Of a DNA stretch of 64,000 bases, positions 21,829 to 34,968 are shown one piece after another. The notes under the pieces are model-generated. The model searched no databases. It saw nothing but the letters and a program-made list of their open reading frames with translations, and had not been told where the DNA came from. The DNA is from an uncultured Chloroflexia bacterium (lineage in GTDB: Bacteria; Chloroflexota; Anaerolineae; JAAYZQ01), in assembly GCA_963700285.1 (NCBI GenBank), contig CAVOXA010000010.1, positions 1,632,001-1,696,000 of the forward strand. The letters are read 5' to 3'. The first letter of the stretch is position 1. Each line of letters opens with the position of its first letter. Both the position numbers and the translations under genes were made by a program.

Positions 21829-24800
21829 ATGAAAAAGCCGGGGAATCTCAGGAGATTCGTTATCGCCATGATGGTGATGGCCCTGTGTCTCACAGCTTTT
21901 GTGGCCGTAGGGGTAAGAACCCCCTCAGCAGCAGCGGGCATTCCGGTCCACGGTTCGCCTGGAGCGCCCATCGCGAACAACCCGATTGAGGTTGGCCGCG
22001 ATCCTCATGACCTGGCACTGCGGATTCTCGGCAGCGCCGCAGCAGGGACAAAGAAGTTTTCGTTCGATGGCGAGTACTATCAGGTTCATACGTTTACGCT
22101 AGAGGATGGGACTAGCGTTGATCAGATTGTCATCAATGGCCCGCCGACCCCTCCGGCTGGGATTGAGCGTAGTACCGTGATGCTACCTCAACCAGACCCG
22201 GTGGCGGGCGTCAACGTGTTGTCCAATGTACCTGCTTTCAATTGGTCTTTTGGTTGTTCGGCCACTTCTGCAGCAATGATTGCCGGATACTATGACAGAA
22301 CCTCGTATCCGAACATGTACACGGGACCAACGGACGGTGGGGTCATGCCCCTGGATAATAGGTTATTCCTTCCTGGCCGGATGTAGTCATAAATGGCGAG
22401 ACCAGGCATCAGTGTCCGTTGAGCGCAACTCGGCAAGGTCTCGATGGACGAAGCATTCGAGGCCATGTGAACGACTACTGGGTCAGGTACGGAAGCACCG
22501 ATCCCGATCCGTTCATGGGCAACTGGCCGGAACACTCGTATGGCGATTGCACCGGCGATTATATGAAAACCAATCAATACAACTATGACAATTTTGATGG
22601 TGCCACAACCTTCTGGAACTATACCAGTGGGTCTCCATGGCGTGGCACCTATACGAATGACGGTGGCTATGGCCTAGAGCTTTTCTATGAATCCAGAGGC
22701 TACACTGTTACCGACAGGTATAACCAATATATCAGGGGCCAGGGTAGTGATCCCTCATTGGGCTTCACCTACGATCAGTTCAAAGCAGAGATCGACGCTG
22801 GTCGACCGGTTATGATCCACGTCGTAGGTCACACCATGGTTGGGCTAGGCTATGATGACTCTACCCATCTTATGTATATCCATGATACCTGGGACTATAG
22901 CACCCACACCATGACCTGGGGTGGTTCATACAGCGGAATGGAGCACAAAGGTGTCACTATCGTCCAGTTGGCGGCAGCGCCCAGCCTGCCCGGTCCTTTC
23001 GGCAAGAGCAATCCAAACAACGGGGCACTCGGCCAACCGACAAACCTGACCCTGCAGTGGGGCAACAGCAACGGCGCCGCGAGCTACGAGTACTGTATCG
23101 ATACGTCCTACAACGGAGCTTGCGATGCAAGCTGGATCGACGTGGGCAATACGACGAGCGTCGTATGCCCTCGGAGCGGGTTGAGCATAAGCACCAGCTA
23201 CTACTGGCAGTGTGCGACGCGGCCGAAATTCGTCTGGAACCACCGAGGCTGACGGTGACGCATGGTGGGACTTTACGACCGGGGGCCAGTGCAGCGACCC
23301 CCACGAACCCAACGACACGGCAGGTCAGGCGAGTCCTATCAGCTACGGGCAGACGCTGACCGATCCCGGCATCTGCCCGGCCGGCGACGTGGACTATTAC
23401 ACCTTCTCCGGTGGTGCAGGGGATACCATCGTCGCCGACATCGATGCTTCGACCATCGGCTCCTCCCTCGATTCCTACCTCACCCTCTACGGCCCTGATG
23501 GCGTCAGTGTACTCGATCAGAACGACGACTATGAAGACCTCGATTCGCAGATCACATACAGCTTGCCCGCGGATGGGACATACTACTTGATGGTGCGGGA
23601 ATACAACCACCCAAACGACGGGGGAATAGGTTATTTCTACCATATCTCCCTGCACCGGAACCTACACGCCAACTGGACGTCGAGTGCCCCGAACCCGGAT
23701 GGGCAGATACTGCCTGGTGAGTGGGACAACGCGGCCAGCTACGACATTACGGTTGCTGGCGTTGTGAGCCAACGAGAAGCCGGCGCAGCAAGCAGGGCAT
23801 CACCCGAAATCCTGGCGCACGAGCGGCAACTGGACCTGGGACGGGCGGCGCCAGAGATCCCAGAGCTTGCCGTCACCCTATACGCCATGAACGACGCCGA
23901 CCACCTCTATCTGGCCATCGACAATCCCAACGACACGGGGGCAGATGAGTACGATCAGATGGGCCTGTACTTTGACGACAATCCGTTGCCGTCCGATGGG
24001 CAGTGGACGAACACGAGCTGCGGCAATCCGGATGGAGAAGGCAATTTCTGGGTCATGCCCTATGGAGTCGACTACCGCGAGTGGATCGAGGGTCCGGCCA
24101 CTTGCGAGGTAGTAGAGCCGGCGCCGGGAACCACCGGTGCCGTTGGCCATGTCAGCGGACACGCACAGGCAGAGGTCGCCATCGATCTGCCCGTGTCAGC
24201 GCTACGTGCTGCGCCAGGTGATGTCATCAACATGTATCTGTGGATCTACAATTCGGCCACAGGCCTGATTGATGGGAAGTGGCCTGAGGCCGCGGACTTT
24301 CAGAACCCTTCGACCTACGGGGCATTGACCCTGGCCAACCAGATTGATGCCTACGAACCAGACGATATCTGGGAGCATGCAACCTCGATCGAGGATGGGG
24401 TTCCTCAGACGCACAGCATTGTGCCGGTGGGTGATGAGGACTGGGTTACGTTCTCGCTGGCGGCGGAATCAGCCGTGGCCCTTGAGACATCGGGGCCCAG
24501 CGGGGACACCCGCATGTGGCTCTACGATAGCAATCTCGACCAACTCGAATACAGTGATGACGATGGGGACGGGCTATTCTCGTACATAGACCGGGTCTGC
24601 GGGACAGATGCGCTCGCTCCAGGCACCTACTATGTGCAAATCGACGAGTACAGTGATGACGGAGAGATCCCCACCTACGACATTGCTGTTGACGTTGTGC
24701 AGGTGTGCGACGGCGATGGTCACGCCTTGGCGCCTGGCTGGAACTTGTTAGCGCTGCGCCACGCGCCCCTGCCGGCTGCCGAGCCCGCGCTGGACGAGAT

Positions 24801-25917
24801 AGGAACTCAGGGCGGAGACGCTGACCTGGTGGCCCGCTGGCTCAGTGACAGCGATGTCTGGGAGAGCCATGCCAAGACACGACCATACAACAACTATTTG
24901 CTAGAGCTGGGTCAGGGTTACTTTGTCCGGGCCGCCGTAGCCAGTACCTGGGTACGCACGGGTCCCCCTCCTGCCGATCCAGCCCCGATGGATCTCGAAC
25001 CCATGTGGGCGCTAATCGGAATCCCCAAGCTGCCGGGTCCAATGACGGCCGCCGATCTGCTCGCCGAGGCCACAGCTCAGGGGGGCGCGTGCACAGAGAT
25101 CGACCGCTGGGATCAGCCTACCCAGACGTATGAATCTTTCGACAGCGGGATGCCCGGCACAGGCTTTGACCTGACGGAGGACGAAGGCTACTTTGTCAAG
25201 TGCGCCAACGCTATCACCTACACGCCTGGCGGAAGCGGCGCGCTGCAGCGGCCACCGTCGACCCAGGAGATCCCGGTGGGGCTGCCCGTACTGGAACCGG
25301 TCGCGGACCCGGCCATTTCTGACGTGCTGGTCACCAACCGCCGCGACGTGGCCCTCAGCATCACTTGGCGCACCGACCAGCCGAGCACCGGCTGGGTCGA
25401 GTATGGGGAAAAGACGGCCCTGGGCCAGACGGCCCACGACGACCTGGGCGAGGGGACCGTCTCACAGGTACACCACGTCACCCTCACCCGCCTGACACCC
25501 GAGACCACCTACTACTTCCGCGTGCATTCTGGAGAGACCGCAGACGATAACGACGGGGCGCTCTACAAGGTCACCACCAAGGAGACCGGCATGCCGCCCG
25601 TGCCGTACCTGGCCTATGGACAGGTGGAGACCGCTGACGGCCAGCCGGCGGCGGGGGCGCTGGTGCGGGTCTGGCTGGTGGATAAGGATGACAAGTCGTC
25701 TGAGCCGCTGTCGACGCTGGTCGACGGTTATGGCTATTGGTCGATGAGTCTACCCGTGGACCGGTGCAAGGACCTGGATGTGAGGTTGCAGGCCATTGGC
25801 CGGCAGGGCAGCGAGGCGGAGCTGACCCAGTCCGCGTGCGAGGTCAAGCCAGCGCCAACGGTCAAGCTGTCGGAAGAAGGGCCACTCAAGATCTACCTGC
25901 CTCTGATATTGCGTTAG
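21829..25917 (+). CDS. Large secreted C39-like cysteine peptidase with FN3, PPC and sugar-binding-like domains plus the shared C-terminal cassette (frameshifts ~22365, ~23210)
   Basis: GGAGG RBS; signal peptide; WSFGCSATSAAM (Cys), EIDAGRPVMIHVVGHTMV (His), HDTW; HEPND...DVDYY and YEPDD...DEDWV PPC-type domains; cassette from 24721; tail IYLPLILR. Confidence 0.78.
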
Positions 25918-26150
25918 GGGGTGTGCGCTGTAAGATAGACCCTGATCTGTTTCGCAAGCGCCAGGGCTGCTGGCGGGCATGTGGTGTGGTGAGCTGGCGC
26001 CTGCCAGCGGCTTTCTGAATTCGCGTACTGCAGATCCTCAGGCGTTGATGGCGTGGCGTCAGAGATCGCGAATCCTCGGGCTGAGCCTCTGAGCGGAGTC
26101 CAGGGTTGGGGTTCGACAAATCGCTCACTGCCGGGACCCTGTTCGGACGA

Positions 26151-26179
26151 TTGCATTGTTCGGCAAACGGTGATATAGT
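26151..26179 (+). promoter_or_regulatory. Putative sigma70 promoter
   Basis: TTGCAT-N17-TATAGT with an extended TG. Confidence 0.5.
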
Positions 26180-26259
26180 ATCCGCGCTTCCGAAAAAGCG
26201 CGATCGCAGCCGCATGGCATAGCATTGAGGTTTGAAGGAGGTACGACACGAGAAGAGCA

Positions 26260-29085
26260 TTGGAGCTTCGCGGTTTGATGGTCCTGATTTGCCTGCTACT
26301 TGCCTTCCCGGTTCCGTCACTGGCGGCGGATGGTGAAGAAGAGCAGCGGCATGTCACGGCCGCTGCTCCCAGCGCGCCGGTGATCTCGGTCTGGTACGGG
26401 AGTCCTCAGACCTTTGGGACGCTGGGCGACCCTCAGCGACAGATCAATATCCTGGGCAACGTCAGTGGGGCCAGCACCTTGCACTATTCGCTGAACGGCG
26501 GCCCGGACATCGAACTGGCCATGGGTGGCGGGGGATCGGCAGCAGCGCTGGACGGGAGACACGGATCCTTCCAACCAGACGAGGGGGAGGACAGCATCAG
26601 CGTCCGGGGAGCATTGGGCGATCCGGGGCCGATGGCTCCTGCAGTGGCTGCCGCTCTGCTGGTCACCGACAGCCCCCGGCTGGTATCTGATGGAGATTTC
26701 AACATCGAGATCGACACTGGGGATCTCGAAGACGGCCAGAATACCGTGGCCATCAAGGCCAATGGTGACCAGACTATTGAGACCGTCACGGTAGACTATG
26801 CGGCAGGCAACGCCTGGCCGTTGCCCTACAGCATCGATTGGAGCGCCACCCCTGACATCCGCAGCGCCGTACAGGTGGTGGATGGCCAATGGGCCAAAGA
26901 TGGGGACAACATCCGCACCCAATCCACCGGGTACGACCGGATCGTGGCTCTGGGGGATATGGGCTGGGACGACTTTCAGGTGACGGTACCGGTCACCATC
27001 CACGACTTTCCCGATCCCAACGCCGGCGGCGTGGGCATTGTGGCCCGCTGGCAGGGTCACTTTCAGATCGACGATGAGCAGCCAGGCCGGGGCTGGTGGC
27101 AGATCGGGGCCTATGCATTCTACCGGAATCGGGACGCGCAGAACGGCGGTGCCGCGCTGTCCATCTTTACCGGACACTATGATCTCGAGAGGGACCAGAG
27201 CGGCTACGAGGTGCCCCTGAACACGCCCCACTATTTCAAGCTGCGCGCCCAGACCAAGGTCCCGGGCCAGAGCGGCTTCTACAGCTTCAAGGCGTGGGAG
27301 GTGGGCACGGCCGAGCCAGAGACGTGGACCTTTGAGATACAGGATGCTCCGCCCGACGAGATGTTCAACGGCTCCGCCCTGCTGGTGGCCCACGAGGCGG
27401 ACGCCAGCTTTGGCGACGTCGAGATCCTGCCGGTTCTCGACGTCGACGTAACCACCGTTGGCGATGGCTCGGTTCAGGTTGACCCAGAATTGACCGGCAT
27501 CTCCGACGCATACCTCTATGGCGACGCCATCGAGCTGGCGGCCACCGCCGATCCGGGCTGGATCTTTGCTGGCTGGAGCGGCAGCCTGTCCGGCGCAGAC
27601 AATCCGGCTTCCCTCACACTGGTCGACGACGCGGCCATCACGGCTACCTTTGTGCCGGATGACAGCGTTAGCCTGGTTGTTGGCATCACGGGCAGCGGCG
27701 ACGTGGCTCTCAACCCTGCCGGCGGGCTGTACGCCCCTGGCACGGTTGTCATACTGGAGCCCCAGCCCGAACCAGGCTGGCAGTTCGCCGGCTGGACCGG
27801 TGACGACGCGGCTGACCTGGTTAACCGGGGCGATGGCACCTGGGAAATCACCATGGACGCCGACAAGTCGGTCACCGCTCAATTTGGCATCGCCCATACC
27901 CTATTGACCGGTCTCAACCTGCTGGCGCCCAGGCTGGAGACCGACCCGCCGACCACCGCCGAAATGGCCCTGGATCAAATCCAGGCGCAGGGGGGCAGTG
28001 TTGGCATGTCATGCCTCTGGCAGAGCATGGCCGACCGGTGGGAATGCCATGCCAAGGAGCAGCCCTTCAACAACTTTGTCCTGGCTCCAGGACAGGGCTA
28101 CGCCTTCCTGGCCAATACAGGCAGCACCTGGACGCGCACCGGCACTCCGGTCGACAGCCCTGTGCCAGTCCAACTCGACCCTGTCTGGACCCTGCTGGGC
28201 CTGCCCAACCTGGGCGGACTTACCACGGCGGAAGATCTGCTGAATGATGCCAACGCCCAGGGTGGCGCCTGCACCGAAGTACACCGCTGGGCCGACGGCT
28301 GGTGGGACGGGCACGCCGCCGGCACGGGTCCGGGATTTGACCTGAGTAACGACCAGGGCTACTTTTTGAAATGCGCCAACACCATCACCTACACGCCGGG
28401 AGGCAGTGGATCGGCAGCCCGGGCAGCCGGCTGGCCGGACCCCGCGGAGCCAGAGGTCCTGGCGCCCGCCCCCGGCCCGGTCATCTCTGACGTGCAGGTC
28501 ACCAACCACCGCGACGTGGCGCTCAGCATCACCTGGCGGACGGAGCAGCCCAGCACCGGCTGGGTGGAGTACGGCGACACCCCAACCCTGGGCCAGACGG
28601 CTTACGACGACCTGGGCGAAAGGACCGTCTCGCAGGCGCACCAGGTCACGCTGACCGGGCTGACACCCGAGACCACCTACGACTTCCGCGTCCATTCCGG
28701 AGAGACGGTGGACGACAACGATGGGGCGCTCTACCAGGTCACCACAAAGGAGACCGGCATGCCGCCGGTTCCCGACCTGGCCCACGGTCAGGTTGAGACG
28801 GCCGATGGTCAGCCAGCCGTAGGCGCCTTGGTGCGGATTTGGTTGGTGGATGGGGACGGTAATCCGTCAGAGCCGCTGTCGACCTTGGTGGACGGCTATG
28901 GCTACTGGTCCCTCAACCTCCCGGTACAGGCGTGCAAGGACCTGGAGGTCAAGCTGCAGATTACCGGTCGCCAGGGCGGCGAGGCGTCGATGACCGTGCC
29001 GGGCTGCGAGGTCAAGCCCGCGCCCGCCGTCAAGCTGCCGGAGGAAGGACCTCTCAAGATCTACTTGCCACTGGTAGCGCGCTAG
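26260..29085 (+). CDS. Secreted protein: ConA/lectin-like beta-sandwich, two InlB-B-like repeats, shared C-terminal cassette
   Basis: Signal peptide; GDMGWDDFQVTV...GVGIVARW...FKAWEVGTAEPETW; GWIFAGWSG repeats; cassette from 27895; tail IYLPLVAR. Confidence 0.8.
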   Translation: MELRGLMVLICLLLAFPVPSLAADGEEEQRHVTAAAPSAPVISVWYGSPQTFGTLGDPQRQINILGNVSGASTLHYSLNGGPDIELAMGGGGSAAALDGRHGSFQPDEGEDSISVRGALGDPGPMAPAVAAALLVTDSPRLVSDGDFNIEIDTGDLEDGQNTVAIKANGDQTIETVTVDYAAGNAWPLPYSIDWSATPDIRSAVQVVDGQWAKDGDNIRTQSTGYDRIVALGDMGWDDFQVTVPVTIHDFPDPNAGGVGIVARWQGHFQIDDEQPGRGWWQIGAYAFYRNRDAQNGGAALSIFTGHYDLERDQSGYEVPLNTPHYFKLRAQTKVPGQSGFYSFKAWEVGTAEPETWTFEIQDAPPDEMFNGSALLVAHEADASFGDVEILPVLDVDVTTVGDGSVQVDPELTGISDAYLYGDAIELAATADPGWIFAGWSGSLSGADNPASLTLVDDAAITATFVPDDSVSLVVGITGSGDVALNPAGGLYAPGTVVILEPQPEPGWQFAGWTGDDAADLVNRGDGTWEITMDADKSVTAQFGIAHTLLTGLNLLAPRLETDPPTTAEMALDQIQAQGGSVGMSCLWQSMADRWECHAKEQPFNNFVLAPGQGYAFLANTGSTWTRTGTPVDSPVPVQLDPVWTLLGLPNLGGLTTAEDLLNDANAQGGACTEVHRWADGWWDGHAAGTGPGFDLSNDQGYFLKCANTITYTPGGSGSAARAAGWPDPAEPEVLAPAPGPVISDVQVTNHRDVALSITWRTEQPSTGWVEYGDTPTLGQTAYDDLGERTVSQAHQVTLTGLTPETTYDFRVHSGETVDDNDGALYQVTTKETGMPPVPDLAHGQVETADGQPAVGALVRIWLVDGDGNPSEPLSTLVDGYGYWSLNLPVQACKDLEVKLQITGRQGGEASMTVPGCEVKPAPAVKLPEEGPLKIYLPLVAR

Positions 29086-29216
29086 GGGGCGGACCGGGTA
29101 GACGCCGAACCCTTCCGTGAGAACCAGGGCCGCAGGTGGGTACCGGGCAGATTAGGCCGGCGTACACCTGCGGCCTGCTGGATCCGCGCCCGGTTGTCCC
29201 CCTGTTTTTCCATCAA

Positions 29217-29284
29217 ATGGGGTGTTTTCCCGCCAAAAGGTAGGGTTTTACCCCATAGACAGGACGCCCCGTCTATGGTATCAT
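29217..29284 (+). promoter_or_regulatory. Promoter with upstream conserved regulatory box (copy 2)
   Basis: TAGACA(29256)-N17-TATCAT(29279), preceded by ATGGGGTGTTTTCCCGCCAAAAGGTAGGGTTTTACCCCAT. Confidence 0.72.
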
Positions 29285-29473
29285 AGATCCCAAGGTAGAT
29301 GGCCCGGGAGAACGCACCCTCATTGTCGAATCCCCCCCGGACCGCTGCCTGCTTGGGTGTGGAACAGAGCAGGCTGGACCGTAGCAGATCGCATCGTTCT
29401 CGACCGCCAGTCGCCGCGATTGTTGTACCGGTGAGAGGAGAGCCGCACAACCGATCAACTTCCAAGGAGGAAA

Positions 29474-32400
29474 ATGATGAATCGTCCCCATCGTTCCTGG
29501 CAAGCGGTGCTCAGCCTCTTTGCGGCTCTGAGCGTGGTCCTGACCGGCTTTCCGGTCCAGGCCGCCGTGCCGGCGGACATATCTGCGTGGTCGCCGGCAG
29601 TTCCCGACCTCATCGTGCAGGTGAGTACCGACACCGGTTACGACTACGATCCCGCCCTGGTCCAGGCGGCCGATGGCACGTTGCTGGCCGTGTGGTATTC
29701 CTACAGGTCCGGCTCTGCCGACCTCTGGTACAAGACCTCGGCTGACGATGGCGCCACCTGGTCCGCGGCCGGACAACTGGCCACGGATACCGGTTCGGAC
29801 TACAACCCGGCCATCGCCCGCGCCGCCGACGATACCCTGTGGCTGGTGTGGAGATCTTACGAATCGGGTAATTCTGACCTCTGGTTCAAGACGTCGACCA
29901 ACAACGGCGCCTCCTGGTCGGCGGCGACCCAGCTCACTACCGATCCGGCAGGAGACTATGATCCTGCTGTCACGGGCGCCGCCGACGGAACCATCTGGGT
30001 CGTCTGGTCTTCTGATCGCTCCGGGAACGACGAGATCTGGTACAAGACACGGAACCCCAGCACCGGCGTCTGGTCGGCTGACATCCAGTTGACCGCCGGC
30101 ACGGACTATAACTATGATCCCACGGTCGCCCAGGCGGCGGACGGCAAGATCTGGGTCGTCTGGGCATGGGACTGGGACGGGGTGCTGGCCTACCGGACCA
30201 CCTCGGACGGCGGCGCCTCCTGGTCGGCGGTGGCCGAGATCGACGGCGACTGCTGTCCCTGGGGGCCCAGCCTGGTCCGGGCCGGGGATGGCTCCCTGTG
30301 GCTGGCCAGTACTGACTACCCGCAGGTAGCCTACCAGACCAGCTACGATGATGGCGCGACGTGGTCCACCCGCCAGCCCTGGACCCGCTTCGTGGGCGGG
30401 GACCGGGATCCCTATCTGGCGGCGCTGGACGGTGGCAGGGTGGGGCTGGTCTGGAGATCGGAACGCAGTGGGAATGGCGACATCTGGTTCGGCATCTTTG
30501 GCGAGCGGGAGGATCTCAAACCGCCACCCTACGTGGACAGCCTCGAGCACGAGCCCGCCCACCCGGCGCCAGGCGAGGTGGTGACCCTCCGGGCCTACGC
30601 CGAAGACGAGACGGCGGTGACCAGCGTCCACCTCGTCTGGGATCTCAACAGCGCCCCGCAAGCAGACGTGGAGATGTATGACGACGGCGCCCACGGCGAC
30701 TATGGTGCTGGCGATGGCTGGTATGGGGTGCAGGCGGGACCCTTTGCCCTGGATGATAAAGTGAGCTATACCGCCCGGGCCAGCGACGGGGACGGCAACA
30801 CCTACACCCATCCCGGGTGGGAAAGCTTCGTGGTCGTCGAGCCCTTTGTCAAGACGGCGGATCTGCTGTTCGTACCGGACTATGACGGCGACAGCACGGA
30901 CTGGTTGCGGCCCTACTTTACGGATGCCCTGGACGATCTGGGCCGCGACTATGACCTGTGGGACACGGGGCTGCGAGGTGCGCCGGATGGCCTCATCCTG
31001 AACCAGTACGTGGATGGTCTCGTGATCTGGGCCGCCCCGGAGGACGGCTACTTCGAGCTTTGGGATGTGCAAGCTGACCTGATGGCCTATCTGGATGCCG
31101 GGGGCAGGCTGTTCATCACTGGCCAGGATATCGGCTACTATGAGCGCACCTCAGCCTTCTACCAGAACTACCTGCACGCCACCTACGTCCAGGACGATGC
31201 CAGCATCTGGAGCTTGAGCGGGTCTGGCGGCGATCCCATCGGTGACGGGCTGGCGCTGGCCATATCCGGTGGGGACGGGGCGGACAACCAGTACTATTCG
31301 GACGAGATCGACCCTGTCAGCCCGGCTGTGACGGTCCTGACCTACGACAGCCTGGCACTGCAGGGCCCGCGGGGCAGACGACAGAGCCCGGACGGGCCGG
31401 CCTGAGAGGCGGCCAGAAGACCCGCAGCGCAGAGGTGGCGATAGGCGACCGCAGTCAAGGGCCGGGTCGGCCGGAACGGCCGGCCCGCTGGCGACCATCT
31501 CCTCGGGCACCGCGGGCCTGAGGGTGGATACCGGCATCTACAAAGTCGTCTACTTTTCCTTCGGCTTTGAAGCCATCAACAGCGCCGCCGACCGCAGCAC
31601 GACCATGGAGCGGGTGCTGGCCTGGATCGAGGCTGATACGACTGTCCAGCCTGTCGTGCAAGTGAGCACCGACACCGATGACGACTACGATCCCGCCCTG
31701 GTCCAGGCGGCCGATGGCACGTTGCTGGCCGTGTGGTATTCCTACCGGTCCGGCACTGCCGACCTCTGGTACAAGACCTCAGGCGACGACGGCGCGACCT
31801 GGTCCACGGCCGGGCAACTGGCCACAGAAACCTACAGGGACTACGACCCGGCCCTGGCCCGCGCCGCCGACGATACCCTGTGGCTAGTGTGGCGCTCCCG
31901 TGAATCGGGCAACTATGATCTCTGGTACAAGACGTCGACCGACGACGGCGCCTCCTGGTCGGCGGCGACCCAGCTCACTACCGACCCAGGTCCGACTATG
32001 ATCCTGCTGTCACGGGCGCCGCCGACGGAACCATCTGGATCGCGTGGGTTTCCTACCGCACTGGCACCGACGAGATCTGGTACAAGACGCGGAACCCCAG
32101 GCACCGGCGTCTGGTCGGCTGACACCCAGTTGACCGCTGGTACGGACGAGAATTATGATCCTACGATCGCCCAGGCGGCGGACGGCAAGATCTGGGTCGT
32201 CTGGGAATGGGACGGGGTGCTGGTCTACAGGACGACGTCCAACGGCGGCGCCTCCTGGTCGGCCGTGGCCGAGATCGACGGCGACTGCTGTCCCTGGGCG
32301 CCCAGCCTGGCCCGGGCCGGGGATGGCTCCCTGTGGCTGGCCAGTGTCGACTACTCACAGATAGCCCAGCAGACCAGCGGCGACGACGGGGCGACCTGGT

Positions 32401-34874
32401 CCACCCGCCACCCCTGGACCCGGTTCGAGGGCTGGGACCAGGCTCCCTATCTGGCGGCGCTGGATGGCGGCAGGCTGGCGCTGGTCTGGGAATCAGAGCG
32501 CAGTGAGAATGACGACATCTGGTTCGGCATCTTGGGGGAACGCGAGGATCTCAACCCACCGCCCAAAGTGAAAAGGTTGGAGCACGAGCCCGCCGGCCCG
32601 GCGCCAGGCGAGGTGGTGACCTTCCGGGCCTATGCCGAGGACGAGACGGCGGTGGACACCGTCCACCTGGTCTGGGAGCTCAACGGCGCCCCGCAAGCAG
32701 ACGTGGAGATGTACGACGACGGCGCGCACAACGACTATGGCGCTGGCGATGGCTGGTATGGGGTGCAGGCGGGCCCCTTTGCCCTGGATGATGAAGTGAG
32801 CTATTCCGCCCGGGCCAGCGACGGGGACGGCAATACCTACACCCGCCCCTGGTGGGAAAGCTTCTTGGTCGTCGAGCCCTTTGTCAAAACGGCGGATCTG
32901 CTGTTCATACCGGACTATGACGGCGAGAGCACGGACTGGTTCCGGACCTACTTTACGGATGCCCTGGACGATCTGGGCCGCGACTATGACCTGTGGGACA
33001 CGGGGCTGCGAGGCGCGCCGGGTGGCCCCACCCTGAACCAGTACGTGGATGGGGTCGTGATCTGGGCCGCCCCGGACTGGGGCTTCTTCCGCGAGAACGA
33101 CGTCCAGGATGATCTGGCAGCCTACCTGGATGCCGGGGGCAGGCTATTCATCACCGGCCAGGATATCGGCTACTATGAAGGCCTGTCAGCCTTCTACCAG
33201 AACTACCTCCATGCCACCTATGTCCAGGACGATACCAATCTCTATGCCCTGAGCGGACAGGCTGGTGACCCTGTCGGCGACGGGCTGGCACTGTCCATTT
33301 CCGGTGGGGACGGGGCGGACAACCAGGATTCGCCGGACGAGATCGACCCTGTCAGCCCGGCTGTGACGGTCCTGACCTACGACAGCACGGCGCTGCAGGC
33401 CCGTGATGCAGTAGAGGAGACCCGGCCAGACCCGCCCGAGGATCGGCCTGAACCTCGCGGGGCAAGAAGGGACGATGGACGACCGCAGTCAAGGGCCGCG
33501 TCCGCCGGAAGCGCCAGCCCGCTGGAGAACATCTCCTCGGGGACGGCGGGCCTGCGGGTGGATACCGGCATCTACAGGGTCGTCTACTTTTCCTTCGGCT
33601 TTGAAGCCATCAACAGCGCCGCAGACCGCAACACGACCATGGAGCGGGTGCTGGACTGGCTCGGCGTCTGTGAGGCTTCTCACAGCCTGGCACCGGACTG
33701 GACGCTGCTGGCGCCCAACGTGGATACCGATCCCGCCACCGATGCCGAGGCGGCCCGGTCCGAGGTCGCCGCCCAGGGGGGCAACGCCCTGCAACTGTGC
33801 GCCTGGCTCGGCGGCACCCAGAACTGGCTGTGCTACGATGGGGATCCGCCGGGCAACAACTTTCCCATCGAGTTGGGACAGGGCTACTTTTTCCAGGTGG
33901 ACACGGCCAGCACCTGGCAGCGCACGGGGCAGGCCCCGGGCAGCCCCGTGCCGGTGGACATCAGGCCCACCTGGAGCCTCGTAGGTATCCCCAGGTTGCC
34001 GGGGCTCATGACGGCCGAGGACCTGCTGGACGAGGCCACGGGCCAGGGTGGGGCCTGCACCGAGCTGTACCGCTGGCAGGCAGGCGGATGGGTGGGGCAT
34101 GCCCGGGGGCTGCCTTTCAACAACTTTGGCCTGACCAACAACGAAGGCTACTTTGCCCGGTGCGCGAGTGCCACGACCTACATACCCGGCGCGGCCGCCA
34201 CACAGGCCCAGCCAGAGAGCTGGCCTGCAATGGTGGAGCAAGAGACCCTGGCGCCGGTCGCCGATCCCACCATCTCCGATATCCAGGTCACCAACCGTCG
34301 CGACGTGGCCCTGACCATCACCTGGCTCACCGACCAGCCGAGCACCGGCTGGGTGGAGTACGGCGACACCCCAGCCCTGGGCCAGACGGCTTACGACGAT
34401 AAGGGCGAGGGCACCGTCTCGCAGGCGCACCATGTCACGCTCACCGGGCTGACACCCGAGACCACCTACGACTTCCGCGTCCATTCCGGAGAGACGATAG
34501 ACGACAACGACGGGGCGCTGTACCAGGTCACGACCAGGGCGACGGAGCTGCCGCCCACGCCCTACCTGGCCTACGGGCGGGTGGAGACGGCTGAGGGTGC
34601 TCCGGCAGTAGGGGCGCTGGTGCGGGTGTGGTTGGTGGATGAGGCAGGCAACGAGGCCGAGCCAGTATCGGCCCTGGTTGATGGCTATGGCTATTGGTCC
34701 CTCAGTCTGCCAGTGGACCGGTGCAAGGATCTGCAGGTCAAGCTGCAGGTTACCGGCCGACAGGGCAGCAGTGCGGAGATCACCCAGCCGGCGTGCGAGG
34801 TCAAGCCGGCCCCAACGGTGGTCGCTGGGGTGAAGGGCGGCGCGGGTGTGTACCTGCCCATCGTGATGCGGTAG
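29474..34874 (+). CDS. Large secreted protein: 2x [BNR/Asp-box propeller + MYDDG Ig-like + alpha/beta domain] plus the shared cassette (frameshift ~31375; compensated shift ~31990-32095)
   Basis: AAGGAGG RBS; signal peptide; many TSxDxGxTWS Asp-boxes; VEMYDDGAHGDYGAGDGWYG; YLDAGGRLFITGQDIG...VYFSFGFEAI; cassette from 33681; tail VYLPIVMR. Confidence 0.82.
29615..33660 (+). repeat. Tandem direct repeat, two highly similar ~2.04-kb units (starts 29615 and 31656); partial third copy at ~38220-39352
   Basis: Long identical stretches, e.g. GACTACGATCCCGCCCTGGTCCAGGCGGCCGATGGCACGTTGCTGGCCGTGTGGTATTCCTAC in both units. Confidence 0.92.
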
Positions 34875-34968
34875 AGGCTGCGCGCTGTGTAGATACCGAT
34901 CCGGTTGGGAAGTCTCAAGGCCGCTGTGGCTACCTTTCCTTCGGAGGTGAGGTGAGAGGGGGCAAGCT

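Noticed and set aside
25918-25950. Similar sequence after the stops at 25917 and 34874 (TG(T/C)GCGCTGT..AGATA)
   Set aside because: Too short and imperfect; probably just the edge of the duplicated cassette.
29615-33660. Periodic short repeats as a possible CRISPR array
   Set aside because: They are degenerate in-frame Asp-box/BNR coding repeats, not identical repeats with unique spacers; no cas genes.
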